From the sequence record DRR723986_1300: a DNA stretch of 64,000 nt; one strand, 5' to 3'. Position numbers and translations under genes: made by a program. Positions within the stretch are counted from its first letter, which is position 1. Each line of letters opens with the position of its first letter. Under the pieces are notes generated by a model. That model did no database searches, was not told the origin of the DNA, and worked only from the letters and a program-made list of their open reading frames with translations. Positions 49,323-59,613 of this stretch are shown here, one piece after another.

Positions 49323-51404
49323 ATGCAGTACCGCGCCTTTATCAGTCACAGCCATGCCGATACCAGCTTTGCCGCCTGGCTGCAGCGCTCCATCGAAACC
49401 TGGCGTGTCCCTTCGCACTTGCGCGCCCAACTGGGCTATTCCCGTATCAAACCCGTGTTTCGTGACCGCACCGACCTGCGCGCTGCGTCCAGCCTGGGCG
49501 ACTCCCTGGAAGAAGCGCTCAGGCAGTCAGCGGCACTGATTGTTGTCTGTTCCAATGAGGCTGCCGCCTCCGATTGGGTCGGTATGGAAATCGCGCGCTA
49601 TCGCGAATTCAACCCTGACGCGCCTGTCGTGGCGATCATCGCCAGCGGTGAACCGCCGCACTGTTTCCCCGAACCCTTGCTGGTGGATGAGGCGGGACGG
49701 GCGCTGGAGCCGCTGGCTGCGGATAGCCGCAAGGGCTTCGATGGCAAACGAGACGCGCTGCTGAAAACGATCGCGGCGATCATCGACGTCGACTTCGACA
49801 CGCTCAAACGGCGTGATTTTCGCCGTCGCCAACAGCGCATGGGCGTGCTGACCGCGTTGGCAACCGGCGTTGCCGCCGTGACCTTGAACCTCGCATACCT
49901 GGCCTATGAGGCGCGGGATGATGCTAACCGGCGCCGCGAACAGGCTGATGAACTGGTGTCGTTCATGCTCGGCGACCTGCGCTACAAGCTCGAACCGATC
50001 GGCCGGCTCGATATCCTCGATGATGTGGGCGATGAAGCGCTGAAGTATTTTGCCGCGCTGGAGAACGAGGACTTCACCGCGGAGGTGGAACTCAAGCACG
50101 GCACCGCCCTGACCCAGATCGGTGAGGTGCACCTCTCCCAGGGTCGGCTGGAGGCTGCGCAGGAGGCCCTGGCGCTTGCCTATGAAACTTTGCAACCGCT
50201 GGCTTCAGACCCGGACGTGGGTGAGCAGGCGGTGTTCGCCGCAGGCCAGAGCCGTTTCTGGTCGGCCTATGCCTATTACGAGATAAAGGACTACAGCACT
50301 GCGCGGGAGGGGTTTCTCGATTACCTAGCGGCATCGGAAACCCTTATGAGCCTCGACCCAGGCAACGCTGATTACCAGCGCGAGTTGCAGTTCGCACTCT
50401 CCAACCTCGGTGTTCTGGAGATGAAGGCCAACGAGTTTGCGGCTGCCCGATCCTACTTCAATCGCGTCCTGCCGGTGATCCGGGAGCGCGCCAGGCAGGC
50501 CGACGATATGGCGGCCCAGGATGACCTGCAGAACGTGTACTCCTGGTTCGGGGAGACTGCCTACCGCGAAGGCAAGCTCGAGGAAGCCGCCTCCTGGGCC
50601 GGGAAACAGCAGGCCCTGTTGAGCGAGCTGGCGCGGGAATCCAACGACCGGCGTTTCACTGAGTACCTCTGTATTTCCCAGCGCCGGCTGGCTTTTTTCC
50701 AGCTGGCAACCGGTGCGGGCGGCGATCCCCTGGTGATGACCGCTGACGCACTGTCCCGGTCCCGGGAGCTACAGCAGTTCGACACCAGCAATTACTGGTG
50801 GCAGTTCGCGGTTGCCGGCGCTGCTATCGACCACAGCTATATGCTGTCCGCTGCGGGCCGCACCGACGAGGCGCTGGAGACGGTGGAAGCCGCACTCCCG
50901 GAGGTGCGCGCGCTGACGCTGGCCAATGAAGACCGGGTGGATGCGCGGGGGGTCTACCTCGAACTGCTTGGGCATCGCGCGCGCCTGCTGGTAGCGCAAG
51001 GGGTGGATGCAGCGCTCACCGGACAGGTCAGCGAAGCCCTGGCGGAGACAGCGGGCCTGGTGCCCGGCGAGGTGCCGCTGGAACTCGCCGGCCCTGCGGC
51101 GCGTCTGCACCTGCTTGCGGGTGACCAGCACCATGCGGCTGCAGATTCGGCCGCCGCCGTAAAGGCCTGGCAGCATGCCCTGGCCTTGCTGACCCACGAA
51201 ACCCTTGTCGTCTACGAGGTTCAGGATTACCTGACCCGCGCCGCGCTGTTGGGCCGTCTGGCCGGCGAAGGGGAGGTGGAGCAGGAGCATCAACGCCTGC
51301 TCGAGATTGGCGTCCACCCGGAACAGTTGCCGGTGTTTACCCGTGTCTATACCGGTGAGATGCCGGGCCTCGGGCGAGGTCTCGCGCTGCGGATGACCGA
51401 CTGA
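49323..51404 (+). CDS. TIR-domain protein with a TM helix and a C-terminal TPR-like region
   Basis: YRAFISHSHAD, VFRDRTDL, LIVVCS..AA.S.WV..EI, a hydrophobic segment after RRRQQR, then helical repeats. Confidence 0.85.
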   Translation: MQYRAFISHSHADTSFAAWLQRSIETWRVPSHLRAQLGYSRIKPVFRDRTDLRAASSLGDSLEEALRQSAALIVVCSNEAAASDWVGMEIARYREFNPDAPVVAIIASGEPPHCFPEPLLVDEAGRALEPLAADSRKGFDGKRDALLKTIAAIIDVDFDTLKRRDFRRRQQRMGVLTALATGVAAVTLNLAYLAYEARDDANRRREQADELVSFMLGDLRYKLEPIGRLDILDDVGDEALKYFAALENEDFTAEVELKHGTALTQIGEVHLSQGRLEAAQEALALAYETLQPLASDPDVGEQAVFAAGQSRFWSAYAYYEIKDYSTAREGFLDYLAASETLMSLDPGNADYQRELQFALSNLGVLEMKANEFAAARSYFNRVLPVIRERARQADDMAAQDDLQNVYSWFGETAYREGKLEEAASWAGKQQALLSELARESNDRRFTEYLCISQRRLAFFQLATGAGGDPLVMTADALSRSRELQQFDTSNYWWQFAVAGAAIDHSYMLSAAGRTDEALETVEAALPEVRALTLANEDRVDARGVYLELLGHRARLLVAQGVDAALTGQVSEALAETAGLVPGEVPLELAGPAARLHLLAGDQHHAAADSAAAVKAWQHALALLTHETLVVYEVQDYLTRAALLGRLAGEGEVEQEHQRLLEIGVHPEQLPVFTRVYTGEMPGLGRGLALRMTD

Positions 51405-51405
51405 A

Positions 51406-52434
51406 TCAGAACGCGGTCAGGAACGATGCCGCATTACCCCCGGTTACCTCAGCGCGCTGGGCGGCGTGCAAAAAGTCCCGGCCTTCCACCGGCTCCAATC
51501 CGGGAGCATCGTGGAAGATCCGGTAGCCGCGATAGCGGTGGTACAGCGTCAGCTGCGGACCCAGCCTGACCACCGTGGACGGATCGTCACCAAACAGCTC
51601 CCGGTGCAGTTTTGGTAGCTCATACCAGGGGCGAGTCGGCCGGGCGTGATGGGCATTGTGGTAGCCGAAGTTCAGCACCAGCCAGTTAGGCCACTCCCGG
51701 TGCCATGACAGAACATTGCTGAAGGTGTGCAGCTGCTCCCAGGCGAGATCGCCCTTGTGTTCCGAGACCTCATCGCTGAACAACCGCAGGTGGTAGGGGT
51801 AGTCGTGCTGGATGCCGTCCATAAAGCGCAGCACCAGGATCATCAGCGTATAGGCCAGCACATAGCCCAGCAACGCCAGCGGGTTGAATGCTGCCAGTAT
51901 GCCCAGCAGCCCAAGGCGGATGACCAGTACCGCCACATTGCGCCGGCGCTGCTCGCGCCGCTGGGGAATCACGAAGGAAGTCAGCATCATGATTCCGTGC
52001 ATCAGGTAGTCGTGCGCGGGAATGTACAGCCACTCCAGCAGGATTGTCAGGCGATAGATGAGCGGGTGCCGACGGAAGAAGTCCTCGTAGTCGAACCAGA
52101 CCACGTCGTCGTTGTCGACGTGATGGCGGAAGTGCTTGTAACGAATATCCTCGTAGCGTCCGTAGCAGGCGCCGCAGAGCCAGCCCAAGAGCTCGCCGAG
52201 CCGGGCATTGTGGCGGTTCTCCCGGAACACGGTATTGTGGGCGCACTCGTGGATCAGGTACGCGGCGATCACCATGCTGTGACCCAGCAACAGCGCGCCG
52301 GGAACCACAGCCCATGCGTTCCCATACAACAGGACCGTCCAGCCCAGTGCATAGCCGAGTACCGCATAGCCAATGGCCGCGCCGTGCCAGCGGGCAGCGC
52401 GGGGGGATTTGAAAGCAGCAGTGATCAGGCTCAT
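51406..52434 (-). CDS. Membrane fatty-acid desaturase family protein
   Basis: His boxes HECAH, HFRHH and HNAHH; TM helices. Confidence 0.88.
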   Translation of the reverse strand: MSLITAAFKSPRAARWHGAAIGYAVLGYALGWTVLLYGNAWAVVPGALLLGHSMVIAAYLIHECAHNTVFRENRHNARLGELLGWLCGACYGRYEDIRYKHFRHHVDNDDVVWFDYEDFFRRHPLIYRLTILLEWLYIPAHDYLMHGIMMLTSFVIPQRREQRRRNVAVLVIRLGLLGILAAFNPLALLGYVLAYTLMILVLRFMDGIQHDYPYHLRLFSDEVSEHKGDLAWEQLHTFSNVLSWHREWPNWLVLNFGYHNAHHARPTRPWYELPKLHRELFGDDPSTVVRLGPQLTLYHRYRGYRIFHDAPGLEPVEGRDFLHAAQRAEVTGGNAASFLTAF

Positions 52435-52591
52435 GCGCTTTAAGGGCGGGTGTGGCTGATGATGGGCCAAGTATATCGCCAAACAGCAGTGAATTGATGG
52501 GCCGCGCAACGGCGCGCGTGGCAGAGCATTGGCAGGACACACTATCATTGTGCGCCTGCGCAATCATGAAACAAGAGACAGCGAGGACCCT

Positions 52592-54196
52592 ATGAGTATG
52601 GATCAGGAGCGACTGGACGCCCGCATCGCGCGCGATGCCGGCCACTGGCGCGATACCACCATAGCGCGGGAAGCCTGGCGGGCGGCTGTTGAACGGCCGG
52701 AGCGGGTGGCGCTGTACCTCGAGCATGAAGCCGATGCCACGTATGCGGCACTGGCGGACGAGGCCCGGCGGCTGATTAACGGGCTGACCGAACTGGGGCT
52801 GCGGCAGGGGGATGTCATCGCCTTCCAGTTGCCCAACTGGCGCGAAGTAGCTGCCATTGATATCGCAGCGGCCGCGCTGGGCCTGGTGGTCACGCCGATC
52901 GTGCCCATCTATCGCGACCTGGAGCTGCGCTTCATCCTGGCGGATGCGCAGGTAAAACTGCTGTTCATCCCCGGACAGTTCCGCTCCGTGGACTACCCGG
53001 CGATGATTGCCGGCCTGCGCGATGAGCTGCCGGAACTGCGCCACGTGGTGACCGTGAGGGATTCGCGGGTTACAGGTGATTCACCGGACTATGTGCAGCT
53101 GGTGGCGGGTCCGCCGGTCGCGCTGGATGATCTGCCCGTGATTGACCCCAATTCGGTGAAGTGCCGCCTTTACACCTCCGGCACCACCGGCTATCCCAAG
53201 GCCGTGCTGCACAGCCACAATACCCTGAGTTATGTGCAGGCCTGTTCCGCGCGGCATGGCGCCATCGGCCGAGGCGACGTGATGCTGATGCCGTCGCCGG
53301 TCACCCACGTCACCGGCTATTCCAGCGGCATCAACCTCTGTTTTATGAGCGAGATGCAGACCGCGCTGATGGAACGCTGGGATGCGGATACCGCCATCGA
53401 CATCATCCATTCGGTTGGGGTAACCCTGACCCTGGGTGCCACGCCGTTTCTGCAGGAGTTGCTGGCGGCGGCGAAGCGACGCGAGGACCGCTTGCCCGGC
53501 CTGCGCCAGTTTTCCTGCGGCGGTGCCGCAGTACCGCCATCGTTGGTCAAGGAAGCCCAGGACTGGTTCCAGGACTGCGTTGTCGCGAGAGTCTATGGCA
53601 GTACGGAAGTGCCGCTGGTGAGCTACGGCTGGCGAGACAAGCCTGAACTGGCGGCGACCACCGACGGCCAGCTCTATGCCTTCGATGTGCGGGTGCTGGA
53701 TGATGACGGGGGTGATGTGCCCGCCAGTGACGATGGTGAGATTGCGGCGCGCGGCCCCGGTATGTTCCTCGCCTATGCCGACCGCGAGCAAACCCGGGAA
53801 GCCCATACCGCGGACGGCTATTTTCTCACCGGGGACATCGGCCATGTCACGCCGGATGGTGCCGTGGTGATTACTGATCGCAAGAAGGACCTGATCATCC
53901 GCGGCGGCGAGAACCTGTCTGCCAGGGAGATCGAGATCGTCCTGCACGGTCATCCGGCGGTGCAGGAGGCGGCGGTAGTAGCCATGCCCCACCAGCGCCT
54001 GGGGGAGGGGGTTTGTGCCTTTATCATCCCGGTGCCCGGCACAGCGCCAACGGCGGCGGAATTGACCGACTTTGCCAGGCAGCAGTCACTGGCCAGGCAG
54101 AAGCTCCCGGAGCGTTATGAGTTTGTCGCCGAGCTGCCGCGCACGGCGGCGGGGAAGGTGAAGAAGGACCAGCTGCGGGCGCGGTGCCGGGGATAA
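52592..54196 (+). CDS. AMP-binding acyl-CoA ligase (cyclohexanecarboxylate-CoA ligase-like)
   Basis: FQLPNW, YTSGTTGYPK, YGSTE, TGDIG, DRKKDLIIRGGEN and LPRTAAGKVKK. Confidence 0.92.
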   Translation: MSMDQERLDARIARDAGHWRDTTIAREAWRAAVERPERVALYLEHEADATYAALADEARRLINGLTELGLRQGDVIAFQLPNWREVAAIDIAAAALGLVVTPIVPIYRDLELRFILADAQVKLLFIPGQFRSVDYPAMIAGLRDELPELRHVVTVRDSRVTGDSPDYVQLVAGPPVALDDLPVIDPNSVKCRLYTSGTTGYPKAVLHSHNTLSYVQACSARHGAIGRGDVMLMPSPVTHVTGYSSGINLCFMSEMQTALMERWDADTAIDIIHSVGVTLTLGATPFLQELLAAAKRREDRLPGLRQFSCGGAAVPPSLVKEAQDWFQDCVVARVYGSTEVPLVSYGWRDKPELAATTDGQLYAFDVRVLDDDGGDVPASDDGEIAARGPGMFLAYADREQTREAHTADGYFLTGDIGHVTPDGAVVITDRKKDLIIRGGENLSAREIEIVLHGHPAVQEAAVVAMPHQRLGEGVCAFIIPVPGTAPTAAELTDFARQQSLARQKLPERYEFVAELPRTAAGKVKKDQLRARCRG

Positions 54197-54505
54197 CTAG
54201 CGGTGCCGGTTACGTCCGCAGGACCAGCAGCGCTCGAAGCTTTCCGGGTTGGCATTGCCGCAGGCATCGCAGGCCCAGTCCGGCCCGACCTCGCTGGTCG
54301 TGGCCTGATCTATAAGCGTGCGAGCCAGGTCTTCGTCACGGTCCCGCATTACCCATAGTTCCGGCCAGGCGTCGATGGGAGCGAGTTCGCCTATCGCGCC
54401 GGCCGCATACTGGTTGTGTATTTCGCTCTCGATACCCTGTTGCTCGAGGCTGGCCCGGGCCTGGGCAACGGCGATCAGGCTGGGATGGGTGTAAACCAGC
54501 TTCAC
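54197..54505 (-). CDS. DUF2007-like signal protein with C-terminal RanBP2-type zinc finger
   Basis: LEQQGI...GAIGELAPIDAWPELWV and W.CDACG..N..SFERCWSC. Confidence 0.8.
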   Translation of the reverse strand: MKLVYTHPSLIAVAQARASLEQQGIESEIHNQYAAGAIGELAPIDAWPELWVMRDRDEDLARTLIDQATTSEVGPDWACDACGNANPESFERCWSCGRNRHR

Positions 54506-55047
54506 GCACCGTCCTTGAGGGGTGTGGGACGTATGCCCACGCTGTGCTGCGCGTCGCTGAACCAGGCCTCACCGTCGGCGATGGTGCACTGCAGGCTCAT
54601 GTTGGGCGCTGCCATAACCTCCAGCGCCTGGCCGTCCGGGTCAGCTATCTGGTAGATCGTAAGGTTGTCAAAGCGCTGAAGATCCGCGCCGTGTTTTTGC
54701 CACCATACCGGCGTGGCGCGGTCCCCGTAGGCATAGAGCACCACCCGGTCAGCCCGGCCGCAGGCCTTGCGCAGGCGATCGGGGTCCGGGTTACCCAGCT
54801 CTATCCACAGTTTGATGGTCCCGGTGAGATCCTTGAGCCACAGGTCTGGTTCATCGTCGGTGCTGATCCCGCGACCGAAGCTGAGCGCCTCGTCGGCGTA
54901 CCAGGCAAAGGCGAGCACGCGCAGCATCATGCGGCGGTCGGTCTCCGAGGGGTGCCGGGCCAGGGTGAGGGCAAAGTCGCCGTATACCTGGCGGTCGGTG
55001 TCCGCCACGTTCAGCTGGGCTTTGTAGATTGTGGATTTCAGGGCCAT
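54502..55047 (-). CDS. yaeQ: YaeQ family protein
   Basis: MALKSTIYKA.LNVAD.DR..Y, ARHPSETDRRMM.R and STDDEPDLW. Confidence 0.92.
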   Translation of the reverse strand: MALKSTIYKAQLNVADTDRQVYGDFALTLARHPSETDRRMMLRVLAFAWYADEALSFGRGISTDDEPDLWLKDLTGTIKLWIELGNPDPDRLRKACGRADRVVLYAYGDRATPVWWQKHGADLQRFDNLTIYQIADPDGQALEVMAAPNMSLQCTIADGEAWFSDAQHSVGIRPTPLKDGA

Positions 55048-55218
55048 GGCATAGTCGATGCGTTGGGGTGCGGCAGTATACCCCGTGGCGGTGTTTCTGG
55101 CGTATTCCCATCGTTCGCTATGCCTCGCAAAAGGCGGACGGATTGACTACTATCTGGCCCCTTGTTGAGTCCGCCAGCGGACAATGGCTAGTAACGCGCT
55201 TGAAAAGGTATCTACGGA

Positions 55219-56580
55219 ATGACTGATTACACCAAAATTCTCCTGCAGGAAGATGAAATGCCCACGCAGTGGTACAACGTCGTGGCTGACTTGCCGGAGC
55301 CGCCGCCACCCGCCCTGCATCCGGGGACCCATCAGCCGGCGACGGCAGAGGATTTTGCCCCATTGTTTCCCAAGGCGCTGGTGGAGCAGGAAGTCAGTAC
55401 CCAGCGCTATATCGACATTCCCGGTGAGGTGCTGGACGTCTACCGCCTGTGGCGCCCGACGCCCCTGTTTCGCGCCCGGCGGCTGGAAAAACTGCTCGAT
55501 ACGCCGGCCAAGATTTTCTACAAATATGAAGGGGTGAGTCCTGCGGGGTCCCACAAGCCGAACACCGCCGTACCCCAGGTCTGGTACAACGCCCAGGAAG
55601 GTATCCGCAAGCTGACCACCGAGACCGGCGCAGGGCAGTGGGGTAGCTCCCTGGCCTTTGCCTGCGCCCAGTTCGGCCTGGAGTGCGAGGTTTGGCAGGT
55701 TGCTGCCAGCTACCGCAGTAAACCCCACCGTCGCACCATGATGGAAATCTGGGGCGGCAAGGTGCATCCGAGCCCGTCGGAAGTTACTGAGTTCGGGCGC
55801 AAGCTGCTGGCAGAAAATCCCGATCACCCCGGCTCCCTGGGTATCGCTATTTCCGAGGCGGTCAGCGAGGCGGTGGCGGACGAGACGGTGCGCTATGCCC
55901 TGGGCAGCGTGCTCAACCACGTGCTGCTGCACCAGACCATCATCGGTGAGGAAGCCCTGCTCCAGCTGGCCAAGGTCGGGGAGACCCCGGATGTGCTGGT
56001 TGGCTGTACCGGTGGCGGGTCCAATTTCGGCGGGCTCGCGTTCCCGTTCCTGCGGGAAAAACTTGCCGGGCGGATGAACCCGACCATTCGTTGTGTCGAG
56101 CCGACCGCCTGCCCGACCCTGACCAAGGGCGAGTATCGCTACGACTTCGGCGATACCGCCGGGCTGACGCCGTTAATGAAAATGCATACCCTCGGCCACG
56201 GCTTCATTCCCGAGCCGATCCATGCCGGCGGCCTGCGTTACCACGGTATGGCGCCGCTGGTATCCCACGTTTACGAACTCGGCCTGGTGGAGGCGATCGC
56301 CATTCCCCAGCTGGAGTGTTTCAAGGGCGCAATCCAGTTTGCCCGCAGCGAGGGCATTGTCCCCGCGCCGGAGCCGACCCATGCCATCGCTGCAGCGATT
56401 CGTGAAGCCCTGATCTGCAAGGAAAGCGGTGAAGAGAAAACCATTCTTACCGCGCTCTGCGGCCACGGTCACCTGGACCTCGCGTCCTACGACAAGTACC
56501 TGCGTGGTGAAATGCAGGACCTCGACCTGCCTGATGAGGTTATTGCCGCAGCGATGCGCGATGTACCGGAAATCGCCTGA
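55219..56580 (+). CDS. trpB2: TrpB2-type (stand-alone) tryptophan synthase beta-like PLP enzyme
   Basis: [21 protein letters not shown] (PLP Lys), [27 protein letters not shown] and HAGGLRYHG. Confidence 0.93.
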   Translation: MTDYTKILLQEDEMPTQWYNVVADLPEPPPPALHPGTHQPATAEDFAPLFPKALVEQEVSTQRYIDIPGEVLDVYRLWRPTPLFRARRLEKLLDTPAKIFYKYEGVSPAGSHKPNTAVPQVWYNAQEGIRKLTTETGAGQWGSSLAFACAQFGLECEVWQVAASYRSKPHRRTMMEIWGGKVHPSPSEVTEFGRKLLAENPDHPGSLGIAISEAVSEAVADETVRYALGSVLNHVLLHQTIIGEEALLQLAKVGETPDVLVGCTGGGSNFGGLAFPFLREKLAGRMNPTIRCVEPTACPTLTKGEYRYDFGDTAGLTPLMKMHTLGHGFIPEPIHAGGLRYHGMAPLVSHVYELGLVEAIAIPQLECFKGAIQFARSEGIVPAPEPTHAIAAAIREALICKESGEEKTILTALCGHGHLDLASYDKYLRGEMQDLDLPDEVIAAAMRDVPEIA

Positions 56581-56614
56581 GATCGGCGTCACTAATTAGT
56601 TTAGGAATACCCCT

Positions 56615-59032
56615 ATGAATAAGAATCTTATCGCTACCCCTTTGCCCATCATTGCCGCCTTGTTGACTGTCAGCGGCGGGCTGGCAGGCGCCCCGGAGGC
56701 CCGGGCGCAGGCCCAGACCACTGGCGCTGATCGCATGCTGGAGGAGATCCGGGTGACCGCACGCCGGCGCGAGGAAGGCCTGCAGGAAGCGCCGATAGCC
56801 GTTTCCGCTTTCACCGGCGACACCCTGGATTACCGCGGCGTGACCCGGCTGGACCAGGTCGAGAAGTTCGTTCCCAACCTCACCTTCCAGAACAACCCCA
56901 GTTTTGGCGGCGCCTCGAATTCGGCGGCGATCTACCTGCGCGGTGTCGGTCAGAAGGAATTCCTGCCAACGACTGAGCCGGGTGTTGGCCTCTACGTCGA
57001 CGGCGTCTATGTCGCACGCTCGGTCGGCGCGATCCTTGATCTGATCGACATCGAACGGCTGGAAGTGCTGCGCGGTCCCCAGGGTACCCTGTTCGGACGC
57101 AACACCATTGGCGGTGCGATTTCGATCACCACCGTCAAACCGACGATCGGCGGTGAGTTCGGCGGTGAAGTGGGTGCGGCCTACGGTACCGACGACCGTC
57201 TCAACCTGAAGGGCTCGCTGGATATACCGCTGGGTTCAACCCTGGGCCTGCGGGTTTCGGCCGCCTCCTTCCAGCAGGACGGATACGTTGAGCGTCGGGA
57301 CGGAGTCGATCTGGGCGATGACGACACGATGACTGCGCGCATGGCCCTCGCTTGGGAGCCCAGCTCACGGCTGCGTGCCGACGTCAGTTTTGATTACACC
57401 AGCGACGAGGAGAACGGTCCTGCGCTGGAACTGATCGCTATCGACTTTACCGATCTCAGCCAGTTGCAGGGTGTGGTTGCCGCGCCGCCACCACCGATGG
57501 CCTTTGTCCACAACGTCACTACCGCAGCGCTCGGCCCGGGCATGCCGTGTGCCGCTACCGACGTCAACGGCAATGGCATCACCTTCAACCCGAACAGCCC
57601 CAACTGCTATGACAATCGCTACCTGCGGGATAACGGGAGCAACAGCGGCACCGCGCAGGCGAAATCCGAATCGGATGTGTACGGATTGTCGCTGAACCTT
57701 GCCTATGAACTGTCGGATGCACTGACCGTGAAGTCGATTACCGCCTGGCGCAGCCTGGATTCGGAGTTTGCTCGGGATGGCGATCACTCGCCTCATCGCA
57801 TCGCCACCTTTGCTGATGATCTGGAGCAGGATCAGTTCAGCCAGGAATTGCAGCTGCTCGGAGATCATGGCCGGCTGAACTGGATCGCAGGTGCGTACTA
57901 CTTCAGCGAAGACGGGGATAATGAAAATATCCTCGACTTCACCGTGTCCAACTTCCGCTCTGGCGGTGAGTTCGACAACGAGGCCTGGGCGGTGTTTGCC
58001 CAGGGCACCTACGACATAAGCGATGCCCTGCACCTGACCCTGGGCGGGCGCTATACCGAAGAGACCAAGCGTTTTCGTCCCGACCAGGTGATTTTTACCA
58101 ACTACTTCGCCGGTATCAGCCAGGTCGTGCCCCCGGGCAACCCACTCGCGGCACTCGATGCGCCCTTCCTGCAGGCGGGTACGCGGATTCTTCCCTACCT
58201 GGAGAAGGAAGTGGATGTGGATGAATTCACGCCGCTGGTCAACCTGTCCTGGGATGCCTCTGACGAGGTGATGCTGTATGCCACCTATTCCGAGGGCTTC
58301 AAGTCGGGCGGCTTTACCCAGCGCGTATTCCCACCGGTCGTACCGCCCTTCACCGCACCCCCCGGTACGCCGGATATCGACCTGATACCGACCTATGAGC
58401 CGGAGTTTGCGGACGTCTATGAACTGGGTTTCAAGTCCACCCTGGCCGATGGCCGGGTGCGCTTTAACGGCGCCCTGTTCCACACCGACTACGAGGACCT
58501 GCAGGTGCAGGTGTTCAACAGCGTGGCGCCGGTGACCGAGAATATCGGCTCGGCGGATATCGACGGTCTGGAACTCGAGCTGCAGGCTTCACCCGGCGCC
58601 GGCTGGTTGATCGATGCCACCTTCGCCTGGCTGGACGCGAGCTACGACCAGATCGATACCCGGCTGACCCTGATCGGCGAGAATTTTTCCTTCGAGCGCG
58701 TGCCCGAGTACAGCGGCAGCGTCGGTCTGTCGAAAGAGTTCGCGCTTAACCAGTGGGGCACCCTGGTGATCCGCGGTGACGCCAGCTACCGGGATGAAAC
58801 CTTCAACGACGCCTACAACACGCCGGTGCTGAAAACCGATTCCTACACCTTGTTTGACGCCCGTGTGCGCTGGACCAGCGCCGACGAGAAGCTGTCGGTC
58901 ATCCTGTCAGGCATCAACCTTGGCGATGAGGACTACCTGGCCACCGGTGTCTATGGCACCGCCTTCCAGGTCTATGAGGGTGTCTATGATCGCGGACGCC
59001 AGTGGCTGCTCGAAGCGCAGTGGAGATTCTGA
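56615..59032 (+). CDS. TonB-dependent receptor
   Basis: Signal peptide, TonB box EEIRVTARRREE, EVLRGPQGTLFGRNTIGGAI, GFKSGG and C-terminal WRF. Confidence 0.95.
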   Translation: MNKNLIATPLPIIAALLTVSGGLAGAPEARAQAQTTGADRMLEEIRVTARRREEGLQEAPIAVSAFTGDTLDYRGVTRLDQVEKFVPNLTFQNNPSFGGASNSAAIYLRGVGQKEFLPTTEPGVGLYVDGVYVARSVGAILDLIDIERLEVLRGPQGTLFGRNTIGGAISITTVKPTIGGEFGGEVGAAYGTDDRLNLKGSLDIPLGSTLGLRVSAASFQQDGYVERRDGVDLGDDDTMTARMALAWEPSSRLRADVSFDYTSDEENGPALELIAIDFTDLSQLQGVVAAPPPPMAFVHNVTTAALGPGMPCAATDVNGNGITFNPNSPNCYDNRYLRDNGSNSGTAQAKSESDVYGLSLNLAYELSDALTVKSITAWRSLDSEFARDGDHSPHRIATFADDLEQDQFSQELQLLGDHGRLNWIAGAYYFSEDGDNENILDFTVSNFRSGGEFDNEAWAVFAQGTYDISDALHLTLGGRYTEETKRFRPDQVIFTNYFAGISQVVPPGNPLAALDAPFLQAGTRILPYLEKEVDVDEFTPLVNLSWDASDEVMLYATYSEGFKSGGFTQRVFPPVVPPFTAPPGTPDIDLIPTYEPEFADVYELGFKSTLADGRVRFNGALFHTDYEDLQVQVFNSVAPVTENIGSADIDGLELELQASPGAGWLIDATFAWLDASYDQIDTRLTLIGENFSFERVPEYSGSVGLSKEFALNQWGTLVIRGDASYRDETFNDAYNTPVLKTDSYTLFDARVRWTSADEKLSVILSGINLGDEDYLATGVYGTAFQVYEGVYDRGRQWLLEAQWRF

Positions 59033-59033
59033 G

Positions 59034-59600
59034 ATGGCGCGAGTAAAGATTGCCAAGCCTGAGTCTGTCGACGATCCGGCGGTTGCCGGTATTTTCGAGT
59101 GGGTTACCGAAATGGAAGGTTCGGTCCCGAACCACTTCTATGTCGAAATGAACTTCCCCGAGTTCTTTCCCGCCAAGCTGGGTGCCACCAAGGTGCTGTG
59201 GGAGGCAGGTGAACTGAGCATGGAAGAGATCCAGCACATCGGCATCCTGGTTTCACGCGACAACGGCTGCCCCTACTGTACCGCGGCCTTCTGCACCATC
59301 CTCACCCATGGTCTGGGGACGGCTGAAGACGAGGTGAAGGCGCTGGTGGCCGAGGGCCCTGGCGCGGTGGCGGATCCGCGCCTGGTGACACTGCTCGAGT
59401 TTGCGCTGAAAGTGAATCGCGATCCCGCCGCTACCACCGACGAGGATGTGGCAGCACTGCGCGAAGTGGGTCTCACTGACAAGGGCATTGTTCAACTGGT
59501 TCACGTGGTCAGCGATTTCGGCTCCTACAACCGGCTGAATCTCGCCCTGGACACGGACTACGATTATCGCGATATGTGGCGCGCCCTGGCCTTCGGCTGA
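59034..59600 (+). CDS. Carboxymuconolactone decarboxylase/AhpD-like protein
   Basis: ATG 1 nt after the receptor stop. VS.DNGCPYC motif and LREVGLTD..IV. Confidence 0.78.
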   Translation: MARVKIAKPESVDDPAVAGIFEWVTEMEGSVPNHFYVEMNFPEFFPAKLGATKVLWEAGELSMEEIQHIGILVSRDNGCPYCTAAFCTILTHGLGTAEDEVKALVAEGPGAVADPRLVTLLEFALKVNRDPAATTDEDVAALREVGLTDKGIVQLVHVVSDFGSYNRLNLALDTDYDYRDMWRALAFG

Positions 59601-59613
59601 GGCGCGTTTACGA

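Noticed and set aside
55048-55218. Trp-codon attenuator leader before trpB2
   Set aside because: No short ORF with tandem Trp codons and no terminator hairpin with a U tract.
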